DNA from: Phoronis australis
Taxonomy: Eukaryota; Animalia; Phoronida
NCBI GenBank assembly: GCA_002633005.1
Contig: NMRA01000485.1
Coordinates: forward strand, 248,442-312,441
Length of the DNA: 64,000 bases
Direction of reading: 5' to 3'
A program made the translations under genes and the position numbers. Below, piece after piece: positions 1 through 12,000 of the stretch. Numbering within the stretch: the stretch's first letter is position 1; each line of letters opens with the position of its first letter. The notes under the pieces are model-generated. The model ran no database searches and was not told where the DNA came from. It saw only the letters and a program-made list of their open reading frames with translations.

Positions 1-517
1 GCTGCTTCAACGACTGAGCCAGGAACTTGTTTCTTTAACTCTCAAAAAGCCAGTTATATATTAAAAATTCAGACACAAAATATAACCAGGTGACCCAGTC
101 ATACAAAATATGTCACAAATCTTACCATACACAATCTATTCGAGGCATCAGCAAGCACAAAGGAGCAGTTATGACCAATCCCATGAAACTGTGGCCACCC
201 ATATGCAACTGTAGATTCATTACTCTGTCTGTAATGGGTTTTTTTAATAGTAAACACTAATGCTATAAAGATGAGGACAATTTTGAGACCATGTCCTTGG
301 AGCTAATCAGCCCATTTTGTAACAAAACGTCTCTAAATACAATTTGAAGCTAAATGTTTTATGTCTTGGACATTACACTGCGTTTGTTTCGTGAACCTAT
401 GAAGATCAATTGTCAAGACTGGTGCAAAACCTATCTTGAATGAGAATGATATGAAAGTAATGGTCTCCTCTGCCAAGTTTATGTTATAAAGCAATGGTCT
501 CCCCTGTCAAGGTTATG

Positions 518-3500
518 TTAAAGTTCACCATGAGGCGCTCTTGCATAGATGACTAACTTGGACAGCTTGTGCTTGAAGTGGCTGGGGTTGTACTTCACTG
601 AAATGAGACAGATGTAGAAAATCAAACAGAAGAATTCTGAGTCATCATCCGGGCCTGGGTATCATTTTGGGCTTTGAAGGGGTAACTAGTCTGCAGTGGC
701 TTAGAACTTTGCAGACATGGGTGTCATTCACATGCAATAGACCTTTTAAAATTTACTGGCAAGTCCCTGCTCTTAGTCATACAACTGTCCCACTTGGACG
801 TGAGTGAAACACAGCTTAACAAAGGCTTTATCGTCGTTGGTGAGGAGATAATTGTTTTACTACCCCCTAAGGATACATGTAGCTGAATAGCTGAGCCAGT
901 CCGAAATGTGATCTTTGTACTCGAAATCCAACTCGTTATTTTTTGAAATTTAAATAGTCGGCACTCAAGATTGAGTGTTTATTGGTATGTGCTGGAGTGT
1001 ATTATGGTTTACGCAGATGAGTGACGTTCTAAACTTTTCTAGCACTTGATGACCTCTAGATCCGAGCTACAGACTTAAGTAAAAATTCAAAATTTCGAGT
1101 TCAGACTTGAATTTGTAGCTTTAATACGTAGTCCATGACAGCGTTCTGTCGTTCAGCGACTTTTCCAGATGTGAGGAGTTCTGAACCTGCGATAACATCT
1201 GGCTCTTTTGTTAACTGATCAAATTTGACAACCTGAATTACACTTTCACACACAATTTGGTGAAACTTCCCTAAACCTCGTCGAAAAAAAGTTGATGAAA
1301 ACAGGGAAGTTTATGATTAAATGAACAACTTAATGAAGAAAAAGAAGACAAGAAAAAGAAAAAGAAAATAAAAAATCTACAAAGTGCCACTTGAACCTTT
1401 TTGTCTAGAGGAATATTTATTAAATTTTTGATGTGTTAACAATTTCAGGTAAATGTGTTTTTAAACAATGAGGAATTCAACAAAGCCATTCACTGGGTTG
1501 AGATTAAGCCACCTACCAACACCCTTCTTTTTGTCCACGATATACTCTTCTTCCTTAAGACCCTGAAACAAAAGGTTTTCATTTAATTACCATTTTCCGA
1601 TACTGCAACATCATATTAATAAATAAACTGTGTCCCTAGAAGGCAACAGTTTAGGTGACCAATGTTCAGCGCCATCTAAAGATCACCAGGTGACTTAGAT
1701 AAAGATTAAGGCAGGCAAGTCACAGGTTTTTTTGATATAATGCTTGCTATCATTATGCTCTCAATTAACATGACTGTAAAAGTGTAGTTTAATGTTCAAA
1801 TGATTGCCACAAAAACTGTGTTACAAAACGACCATGAATGATAGCAATCATAGCATTTTAGAATTGTCAACATGGTACGCAAAAACAGAAATAATCATGA
1901 ATGAGCAAAGTACGAGTGAGATCAGAAATTTTACTGAGTTTTTCTGGGACCTTACCTCTGCATATTCTGGGATGCCGTTGATAATTTCTGCAGAGAACTC
2001 GTTAAAGTAAAGGTAACTAAACGCTCGACTGACAGAGCACGTGTAGTCGCGCTTGTCTTCACTACTATCTATAGCCATGGTCCATTTCTGAAAGAACCAA
2101 AACTTTGCAGCAACAGTGACAAGTTATTAGGCTCTCCCCATTTCAAATGTCTGCATTTTTAGGGATACTTAAATCATTTTGATAAAAAAATTAATTCTAA
2201 TCGTGTTATTATGTCCAAAGGCCAATTCAGTCTATTGTGTAGGAATGCCAGCAGTTCTAACACCAGGAGTCACCACTGTTCAACCGTCCTAAACAAAAGA
2301 TGGCAGACATAGACTCTATTCACGCGGCGGACATTAAAATCCAAAGCGAGGCTCACTGCGATAAACAAAGCGAAAGTAGACATTGCGTGAGTTAAATAGC
2401 CAGTCTTTCGAGTCCAACCTGGATATTGAATTTTAATAATGTGTCAACAATTAAACCACACAGACGTAGAAAATTACATTAGAGAACAAGTTAAGGCGTC
2501 AAAGACTTGTCTGACGAAAGGGTTTAATTTTTTTCGGAAAACTAGGTTCGAAACATGAAAAGTAAATATGACCAAATTGCGGCGATCGTAGTGTTGCGGA
2601 TTAGGTATTATGCTGAATGCAGGGTTACTTTTTTCTTGTAAATTGTTGATCAAAATACTTTCTACGCGGACCAGGTCATCTGCTCGTATTGTTGACGAGT
2701 TGAAGACATATTCGACAGTGGTGGCTGTCATGTGCAATTAGTCACATCTGGTTTAATTTGTTGATCAAGAATATTAAAATCAAGCATAGCCTGATCCTAT
2801 GCACTCCCTGGGACTAACAGTTGATTTGTCATTGATCTGAAAGAATAATTGATGTTATTAAATATATTTTTATTAAAATAATAAACCAGACTCGTAATTG
2901 AAAATAAAAATTATTTGACCATCAATTCTGCTTTCTTGGTTGTAATAATTCTTACGTCTATTTCATGTGTTAGATTTCAAGTATCAATTTGGACCAAGTT
3001 GAATTTTAAAATTAAAACACCTAATTCGTTCGTTCAAAACGTAACCTCGTTTAAGAACTCAATTTCAGTTAACTGGACAGTGAAATCATAGTTATCATGT
3101 TTCTGCAGGAACCTCGTCATCCGAGGGGAAAGGTGCCAGTGCCTACTGAGAGGCGATTTTTTCGCCGAGTGAGGGCGGGAACAGTCTACCTCCCGATCAC
3201 CATCAATAGCACCCCCGCCCTGTTGCAAGCTCTCATAGGCTCTGTCTCATTTCAAAGTAGCCTTTTGTGCTCTTAAAAATTGTCACCTGTGTGGTTACAG
3301 GTTATGTGAACTCAGAGAGATTTTTCACTAGGGGAATTTTTATGCCTCGTGGGGGGAATTTCGCGTGATATTTCAATATTTTTGAGAGGGGAATAGGGCC
3401 GATATTGGGCCCTAAATTTGAGGGATTGAGGGCTCTGTCCTTTTTGGAAAGAAAAATTATAATGTTTCAACCCATAGCAGGGGCGGATCCAGGATTTTGA

Positions 3501-5650
3501 ATTGGGGGGCAGGCACAGGAATAAGCAGCATTTCGGCAGATGCGCGCGCCCAGCCTAAAATCTGGGGATGCAGGGGTCTTGAATTCTTGGGTTTGCGGAC
3601 CTGTTGACTAAAAAAAAAAAACGGTAAACGGGGTTCATTCAGCGCCTATGCGTTGTTTATTCATCCCTAAGAACCCCTGGTTGCGCACGTGTGCTAATCA
3701 GCAATTTGCACCCGAACTCAAAAATGGGATCTGATACAATTTTAGGGCCCCCCCCCTAAATCCGTAGTCATGAAAATACAACCTGGCTGGCCCATTCTCC
3801 GGTCGTTACTATGATGCTTGACAACTGACCGAGATGCGACAAAATATGATCTAACTTTTCGAAAACATTTATTTTACATGGACATATTTTTCGGCGTATG
3901 GCAACGACCCAACGCTTCCGAATCTAAACGTCTTTAGAGATTGTGAAGCGTGTCTGTATTTTTTCTAGCCGTTCGGGGAACAACACGGACTGAAACACAG
4001 ACTCCTATGCCGATAAGCTAACAGAGCTATTGTAGCGAGCCTCGTTCTGGAACGCGCCTCCTGTCGGCGTGAATAGGGTCTATAGTAAATGTATTTGAGG
4101 CTAGTGCTATTCAAATCTCAAACCCTCAGAGTCAGAGTTGGGAAATAGGTTGCAGTATCTCATGTGTCAACCAGATCTAGAGCAAGTATGACTAGTAAGG
4201 CATTTAGCCTTAAATTATGGCCTACACATAATAAACAGGAAATAGCCAATATTTGTAGGAGCTGTAACACTGACAGGTTTAAAAAATTATGTTGCTGTGT
4301 CAGCATGTGACTTCTGCCATCAAGAGAAACTGAGAGCTGAAAAAATTGTCAAGTATTTTGAATTCGTAAAAAATACAGGCAGTGATAAATCACAAAACTA
4401 AAATTTGAAGTCAAGCTGAAGTCACCACCAGCATTCTGAGGGCTCATTTTGTGTGCTCGTACTCCCCAAATCAGACCCCATTGCTATTTTGGAATGTGAC
4501 TGTTTTATTTGCTTCCATACTCATACCAGTAATAAATATTTTTATGTCAGATGTTAGCTGCAGGAATATTTTCCATGTGGTTACATAAAAACTAAAGGTA
4601 GTTTCAGAAAAAAGTTGACAATTCTCATTGAAACTTTCCAAAATCTTGAGGCAAAACCGTCTTTTTTCCAAAGATTTAAATTTTCATTAGATTTCCTTAT
4701 GGGTGTTTGCCATGACTGCAGTGCAGCTAGATGGATTTTGACTTTTTGAAACGTACTGTATGAGAGAACATCAGACTCACCTCATAAGTTCCACCTTGAA
4801 CTTTGTAATGAAACCGACAGATAAAGCTGCCCTGTAAAATAGAAATCAAAGATGCATCATCTCATTAATTAATGTGAATACACAAATGAAGTACTAATTT
4901 ACAAACAACTCTGGCGAGTCCTCCAGTGTACCGGAAACCATCCGAGAACCAGGTACCAATACAATCTCACAAAAGTCTTGTTAAGCGAGACTATTTTTAT
5001 ATAAATGAGTATGGTAATATTTCGTCATTATACTAACGAAACAAGGAGAGGCAGTGAGGTCTATTGTGATAGGTACTCTCTTTCATTGTTTCTCGTAGTC
5101 GTGGCGGGTACGCGTCTCTCTGAGTCACAGTGCAAGACCATTGAGTCAGGTTTCTAGCTCCTTCGGTCAATTTTAACTATGTATTAATAAAACACAAAAA
5201 TGGTTTTAGGTGATCTGTGCAATGGGCCCACATACGCGGCCCGCAAATGTCTGGAAGAACGTGTACAGGCTTGTTATTCATTTAGAGGTCAACTTGTTCA
5301 AGCCTCGGAGATCAGTGACTAAAAGTATAAAAACGCCAATAGTCTTCAGATTTAAGACCACGTTCACATCAAGGTCTAGTTTTGGCCAAACACTTTAAAA
5401 GCGACCAGTGGCGAGTAGCTGACACGTCGAAGAATTCGATTGGCCGATCAATCAACAGGCACCTGGAGCGCGGTTTCCATTTGGTTTTCACCTCGCTTTT
5501 CATTAGTTTAAACTAGTAATTAGGCACCTGAGCCAACTCCACGTGTTGTAAGTCAGCTGCTGGGCGTAATTCAATTTCTTGTTCTGTTGTCTCGGCTCCA
5601 GCAAGCGCACACAACGCAAACAAAACGACAACTTTCAGACACCACAACAT
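518..5650 (-). CDS. MYDGF: Myeloid-derived growth factor homologue (C19orf10/UPF0556), 5 coding exons, ~143-150 aa
   Basis: Exons (minus): 5650-5528, 4831-4781, 2087-1956 (or -1935), 1562-1517, 597-518; all GT-AG, phases consistent. Translation MLWCLKVVVLFALCALAG|AETTEQEIELRP...GSFICRFHYKVQGGTYEKWTMAIDSSEDKRDYTCSVSRAFSYLYFNEFSAEI...GLKEEEY...KLSKLVIYARAPHGEL*. Signal peptide, QGGTxExW and SYLYF motifs, two conserved Cys and a C-terminal HGEL ER-retention-like signal match human MYDGF (...KLVIVAKASRTEL). Confidence 0.9.
2311..4081. mobile_element. Non-autonomous DNA transposon with AGAC(T/C)CTATTCACGC termini and AT dinucleotide flanks (ISL2EU-like), in MYDGF intron 2
   Basis: Left end AT|AGACTCTATTCACGC...GCGAGGCTCACTGCGATA; right end TATTGTAGCGAGCCTCG...GCGTGAATAGGGTCT|AT is its imperfect reverse complement. 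No transposase ORF. Superfamily assignment is inferred from the AT flanks only. Confidence 0.55.
3478..3764. mobile_element. CAG(G/T)GGCGGAT-terminus MITE (hAT-like), nested in the 2311-4081 element, right end truncated
   Basis: CAGGGGCGGATCCAGGATTTT...GGGGGG at left, CCCCCCCCCTAAATCCG at right; same terminal type as 18621-19091 and 62449-62602. Confidence 0.55.
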
Positions 5651-5710
5651 ATTTACTACTTGGAGCCGCCGACACACTCTAGAAAAGGAGACATAAATGT
5701 TTCAGCTGTA

Positions 5711-5722
5711 TTTCCGCTTCCG
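5711..5722. promoter_or_regulatory. Tandem ETS-type (CGGAA) motifs upstream of MYDGF, in the presumed divergent promoter
   Basis: TTTCCGCTTCCG (= CGGAAGCGGAAA on minus) about 60-70 bp upstream of the MYDGF ATG; motif match only. Confidence 0.3.
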
Positions 5723-5760
5723 TGTTTATGACCGTCCGTCATTTCTTATTTTGTTTGGAG

Positions 5761-6448
5761 CACAGGCGTCCTCAGCTTCTGATCGTCCCCAATACACTAC
5801 ATATAATACTACAAGGTAGGACACTCTCGACTAGAAATTCCACGGGTGCTTCACTTCACCCGTCCATAGCAAACATAAAACTCAATAAATTTACACAAAA
5901 CAGGGGTTCAACAAACCATGAAGAATTGTTCTTTCTCCCAATACTATTCACGGTGTCCTGTTCCGGCGACTTCGTAAGAAATTCGCAGTCAAAGAACAAA
6001 AATGTTCACAAAAAACCCCCGCGCACGTCCATCGGTTGCCGCTCGAGGTCAAGGACGGTACGAAAATTGCCGGTGAGTTACGGAAGTACCGACATCGTGA
6101 CTTTACGCGACCGATGTCGGTACTTCCGTAACTCACCGGCAATTTCCGTACCGTCCTTGACCTCGAGCGGCAACCGATGGACGTGCGCGGGGGTTTTTTG
6201 TGAACATTTTTGTTCTTTGACTGCGAATTTCTTACGAAGTCGCCGGAACAGGACACCGTGAATGGTATTGGGAGAAAGAACAATTCTTCATGGTTTGTTG
6301 AACCCCTGTTTTGTGTAAATTTATTGAGTTTTATGTTTGCTATGGACGGGTGAAGTGAAGCACCCGTGGAATTTCTAGTCGAGAGTGTCCTACCTTGTAG
6401 TATTATATGTAGTGTATTGGGGACGATTAGAAGCTGAGGACGCCTGTG
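5761..6448. mobile_element. 688-bp palindromic foldback MITE, copy 1 (probably P-element/Galileo superfamily)
   Basis: CACAGGCGTCCTCAGC...GCTGAGGACGCCTGTG; 337-bp inverted arms around a 14-bp spacer TGACTTTACGCGAC (6098-6111); perfect 8-bp TSD GTTTGGAG (5753-5760 / 6449-6456); near-identical copy at 33271-33958. Superfamily inferred from CA..TG ends and the 8-bp GT-starting TSD. Confidence 0.93.
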
Positions 6449-7419
6449 GTTTGGAGGAGAAGTTGTCTGTGATCTATGGTTTGATGCACTCTACAAGATG
6501 GTCGTAGTCTTCTGAATTTACTTAAAACATCTTATGAATTGTTAAAGTAAGATAAAACAATGTAAATGAAGTTCGCTTAAGTTTATTGTCCTTGTGAATG
6601 GTAAACTGGAGATGGAATTTCCAAAGCAAACGCAAAACTCTGAATTCAAGGTAGTTAAAAGTTAGCATGATGGATTTCGATTGCGCTTTCACTTGTATGC
6701 CTGTCAAAGACAAAATTTTGAGTTTCATCAACCAACCCCTATGTCAATTAAAGACAAAGTCAAGAAATTTGTTCAAATTTAAATAATTGGGGTTACTAAA
6801 ATTAGCCTTCCTCTTTCTGATAGCTCATTTTTTCACTTAACTTAGAATTTAATTGCAAGAGCTGATGTATGTTGTCTTTGAACTTGAAATGATGTGCTAC
6901 TTCTGTTTGAAGCACAATGGGCACTAGGCTTTTGGCGGAAATTTACGATATCTGACCGCACGTTTAGTCGTGGGAAATCATCTATCAGCAACTGATGGAT
7001 TTTGCAGTAGGCCTTCATTAGTATCCAGTTCTAAACAACATTGTTTTACAAAACCTGAGTTTAGATACACTCAAATTCACAATAAATTGGGTCTCTCAAA
7101 TTACATTCGTGGGCGCGCAAAAACAGAGCTTCTGAATTGCTTCTGAAGTATGGCCGTGAAAACCCTGATATTTACATAAACGTCACAAAATAAGGTCCTT
7201 AAATTTGTGATTTTGTTATTTTTTACATTTTTGTTGTGAAATCACCACTTAAAGGCATTTGTTGTGATCAAGTAAAGAAGGTATTCAAAGATTTGTTCAA
7301 TGCTGATTTTATAGAGTATGTTCCATGCACATTTGAGTACAAAATCGATTTTTAGTGTCCAACCTTTATGTTTTATTGGTAGCGAGTGACGCCAGTGGTG
7401 ATCGAGGATCAGATAAACT

Positions 7420-7490
7420 GAAGCGCCTGTGACTTGAACCGGGGTTCCCTGCGTAAGAGTTGAGCATCGAAACCCTTCGGCTAAGAAACA
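7420..7490 (-). mobile_element. tRNA-derived SINE head fragment
   Basis: Minus strand reads TAGCCGAAGGG (A-box-like) ... GGTTCAAGTC (B-box) at tRNA spacing; no intact cloverleaf or acceptor stem. Confidence 0.45.
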
Positions 7491-8360
7491 GTTGTCTTAC
7501 TCCCTTAAACCTTAACTGCTTTCCACTTTTTTACATTTCCAATGATGGTGAGCTACTTAATGCTTGCCTTGTGCCAACCACTCTTCAGGTACTGTTTGTA
7601 GATTGTCAGCAGTCCTGCCAATTTGTGACTATCCCACTTTTTGAAGTTGTGTCCCGCCTCCTGCCGCAGCATCAAAATGATCCACTTTAATTTTCATAAA
7701 TTATACTGTATGCGGCACTATCTGTATGCCCACGCACACTTTTATGCTTTTCACATCCTATACCCCTATTTCCCAGTCTCATATTTTACTTGGCAACATG
7801 TAGCCAGTACTTGTTTGTCATTTGGCTGCAATTACTCCCAGTTTACTCATCAGCCTTGTACACTATGTTTTTTAAGGTGGCTGTCCCCACAGGCAAAGTA
7901 AGAGGTCTCTGCCTGGTGAAAACGCATTTTATAAGTTGCACTTAGTTTCTTTAACAACCCTTTCTGGTTCTATGCACATCCTATATGAAGCATGTCTATG
8001 GTAATTAAGACAAGTTTTACAAAAGATTGCAACTCCATATTTTTTGTTCGCTGTGATCGAGCTTTTCATGGCGTGATAAGTACTGATATGGACGTCACAC
8101 CAAATAGAACTGAGGAATAGACTGGCCGGTAAGGGAAGTTCAATATAAACTCTGACAGAAATTCACGGATGTGGTCAAATTATGTTGACTAAATTGTCGT
8201 CAAAGTCTTGGTACGTGCCAATTATAGCCAATTCTGTTGGTATATGCGTTCTTCATTTGAATCTGTTATTTGCTGAAATGAGTATAACTTTTGATGAAGA
8301 AGGACTACCTCCTCTGGATGGGCCTCACAAGAGGTTGTGCATCTGTATGATATTTCACTG

Positions 8361-8899
8361 AAGCATTCGAACTTCAGCAATAAATATGTTGCTGGGCCAA
8401 TTAGTCTGAAAATTTATTGGTCCAGCTGCCAAGTTGTGGGCCCTGCTTCTAGTATCCTATCTACGTCTTTTGCTGTACACTAAATGGGCACTTGCTTGAG
8501 AACCCTATTTGTTATGTTATTACATGTAACTCTAGGTGAGGAGTTGTTGGTAACTGAGACGTATACATAAACACCACATAAGCTGCGGTTACGAAATAAA
8601 AGCCCCAAACTGGATTCAATCAATACATTTTTGTAAAACACGTTTCATCAGTACATAGAACTCTAGGCTAGAGCTCTATAAGTAAACAAAGTGAATTGGG
8701 CAGTCACAGATTTATTGCCCACTAAGTTTAAACTCGTTGGTGTTCAAGAGGTGAGAGGCAAACAAAATTAGTCAATAAACCTTTTTGAATTAATTGAATA
8801 TGAGACCACATCCACATAAGGCCTATAAGTGAAAGTTACTTGCCCGGCTGCAAATCCACTGGCCCCGGGCCACCGGGCCAGCGTGTATTTCGAACGCTG
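8361..8899. mobile_element. Degenerate hAT-like MITE
   Basis: Ends AAGCATTCGAACT / ATTTCGAACGCTG form an imperfect TIR; GGCCC/GGGCC subterminal repeats; flanks TTTCACTG / TTTCAGAG (6/8 match, decayed 8-bp TSD). Confidence 0.45.
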
Positions 8900-9091
8900 T
8901 TTCAGAGGCGAAACTAATGAACACTGACCACATGACTATGTCGGGTATTATGTCGAACATTTTCCCCTAGATTCAGAGGACTCTTTCATTTTGACGTCTA
9001 CACAGTATCTGTAATACTAACGACACTACAGTGTTACTGTTAACTGTCCAATTATTAAGTAAATGATTGTTCTCTTTTTAGCTGTGCAGTG

Positions 9092-12000
9092 ATGGACCAG
9101 TGTGATAGCTTGGAGGACTGGGTGTCTGTTAAGAACCATCCTTTTATAGAGACTGGACCTCAAGCTAGACTTCAGTTCCATGTAGCGTGGAATTACGTGG
9201 AAAGAAAACTAGCCATAACATCTCGCGAGCATAATCGCACGGCTAGCAGTGATAAAGAAGACACCGTAAAATGTGACTTGTTCACATTTAGAGACATACA
9301 GGGTGTGCATGAACAACTCTCGTTGATTAAGCCTTCGTTGGGCCCCTATCTCCCGAGCCTGCCGCTGGAGCCGAGGGGCATATGGGCCTACCTGCAAAAC
9401 TTTGAAGTGGAGGGTGAGGACGAAATCTGCCAACAAATTGAAAATTACCTGAAAATAGCACTGGAAGTCTGTGGAAGTAAATTACTTGTGTCAACGTTGT
9501 ACGAAGAACATGAGTTGGACGATTACTTTGAGAATATTGGTGTGTTGAAACGTAGGAAGTATGACGAAGCTGTGGAAAACGCAGTGGAACAGCTGAACAA
9601 CATGGGGTTCTTAAGGGAAAACTCCACCAACGTGCTTGACATTTGCCAGGTGTACTTTGAAGAAGACAAGGCATGGTTCAAATGGAGTGTAGCTCAGGCA
9701 GAGCTGTATAATTATCAACTGCAGCCATTCTTGGACCTGAGAGAGGTATAGAGAAGGAGGCACTGTTTAGTGAACATGTGCTTCGTTTTAGGATTTTTCA
9801 ACACGAATAAATTGAAAGCAGCCTCTCTTAAAGACAGCATCCATTAAATGCGTGACAGTGTTGTCAGTTGGCAATTTTCATACGGACTCGCTCAAATTCT
9901 CTGTAATATTGCCGAGAGATGTAAGAAGAATAATTAAAATGATAGCTTTATTTTGAGACAGGTCATGTCTTATCTTTAGGCAGAAATAAAATGTCAGACT
10001 TAGCAGCAATTGGTGCCAAAAGGTGACCATTGTCAACTGACAACATTGCGGTGTATTAAATGAATCCTGATTTGTGCAGCTATAGAACGATGCAATCCAG
10101 CATGACGAGAAATATCAATTCAAGCCTTTTGCGTAACGTGGTCATGCTTTTAAACAAATATTTGGTTTTGGACTGGTCCTAAACTTAATAATTATTTGGC
10201 TAGAACTCAAAATCATGCAGGTGCTTGTAGATGTTGGGTACTTATGGAAACCTCGAAATACACTAGGTGGCGCAACTACAGCAAGGGCCCTTCCCATAAA
10301 AATGCCTGCGTTCAGTTAATCATGTGGGACTCTAGTCACATGAACGCCCCCGTTCTCTTGAAGTACACTCTGCTCGCAATTTATTCACATGATGCTAAAG
10401 AGAGGGCCTCTCTTTATGATCACCATCTAGTGAGTATCTAGCCTCCTACTGCATTAGACATTTAACACTTTATCACCACGGACTGTCCCTTTAGGTCGCC
10501 TTTAACAAGATCCATGATGCCAAACGACAGCTGGACTCGGCTGATATTGGTGACAGGGTGCGCCGGGAGTGTTCGGCAGTCATCACAGAATGGCAGCAAC
10601 ATTATGTACACGCTCTCGACATGATCAGTCAGTTGTACCTGCAATATTATAAGATTACAGTCGATATGTTGACTGGTGAGTAGAGTTATATGTCATACTG
10701 AGTATCCTTCATCACTATGTACATGGGATAGACATAATCAATCAACCAGTCTGCAGTAGGGTAAGATCAACGAGGCTAGTGTTGAGTTGGGAGGTGTTCA
10801 GTTGATGGTATCCGTGTGTTAAGAAGTGGGTGTTTAAATTGCAGATAATATCCGAATTCTTGAGTAAATCAGACTTTGTTTATCACATTATCACAATCTT
10901 TTCATTTGTTCACAAATTTCTGAAGAATATTGAAATCTCACTTGAGCAAAAATCCTAGAGAATATATGGATAATTGCTTCTTACTGGCAAAAATAATTGC
11001 TATGAATTATTTGTGGACTCTCTTTACCCGGCTAAACCTTTAATCAGCAGTTGTGAAATGGAAGTGTTAGACCAAATTTTTGTCTTAAGTCTTGAGTCAC
11101 TCCTCACGACACATACTCAATAGCACGATTATTATAGTTTTATTTTCATTTATTTCATCTTCAAGTTTGCTACTCCGTGCATCCATAAGTTTCTGGACAT
11201 GATCTTTAACAATTCGACTTACTTGAATATTTTTTATCCAGGACTTGCAGACCAGATGAAGGTCGACAAGCAAAAGTTTGGCAGAGCTGCATTTGAACTG
11301 AAATGTCAAGATCGACTTGACAGGTATCACTGACTGAAAAATTACAAACATTTATTTATGTAAATTGATTGTCATCATGGGAAGGACAAGATGAACACGA
11401 TATAGCTAGAGTGATAAGTTACAGCAAAACTTGCACAAATCTTCTTTTTTGCTTAATTCTGACAATGTTCAATGATACAGTTGTGCACTTACCTCAGTCT
11501 ACAGATAAGTCTTATTGTGCTGTACTCAGATAACAACTCTCGGTCCAATTGGATCTGACTTGTGCTAGTTTTAGTGTTTGTATTGATAAGCAAGAATAAG
11601 TAATAATTAGTCTCAATATACTGATGTCAACAATTTGGTTGTCACCGTATAATGATGCGCGGCTCTGAAAAGTACTTCGAAATTTCTCTTTTCTCTTATG
11701 CAATGTTGAATTTTAGACTGCTAGAACAAACTGGGTGCGGGTCTGTACTGATTAATATTTTGATGCACCTTTACAACATGTCAGTGAAGACTGTTCAGGA
11801 AATAGAAAACTCTTAAATGAATACTCTCTGTTAAAAGTTTGAGGACAATTTTTGGCACCCATTCTCTTCAATAAACACTAGTTGTTGTTACTGTAAAACG
11901 ATCATGCAAAAAGCTCGTCATTGTAGCATATTCCTAATTTCACCTTCTCAAGTATCTGCGGTCATGGCAGGCAGCAATTGTGACGTCTTGCTGAACATTT

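Noticed and set aside
455-523. ~35-bp imperfect duplication at the MYDGF stop codon and 3' UTR
   Set aside because: Small local slippage duplication with no evident consequence.
5656-5742. 28-codon ORF upstream of the MYDGF ATG (MTDGHKHGS...)
   Set aside because: Out of frame, overlaps the ETS-like promoter motifs and probably starts upstream of the transcription start; no support as a uORF.
5722-6283. Near-identical 111-179 aa ORFs on both strands, repeated at 33436-33793
   Set aside because: A consequence of the palindrome; non-ATG starts and no transposase or other recognisable motif.
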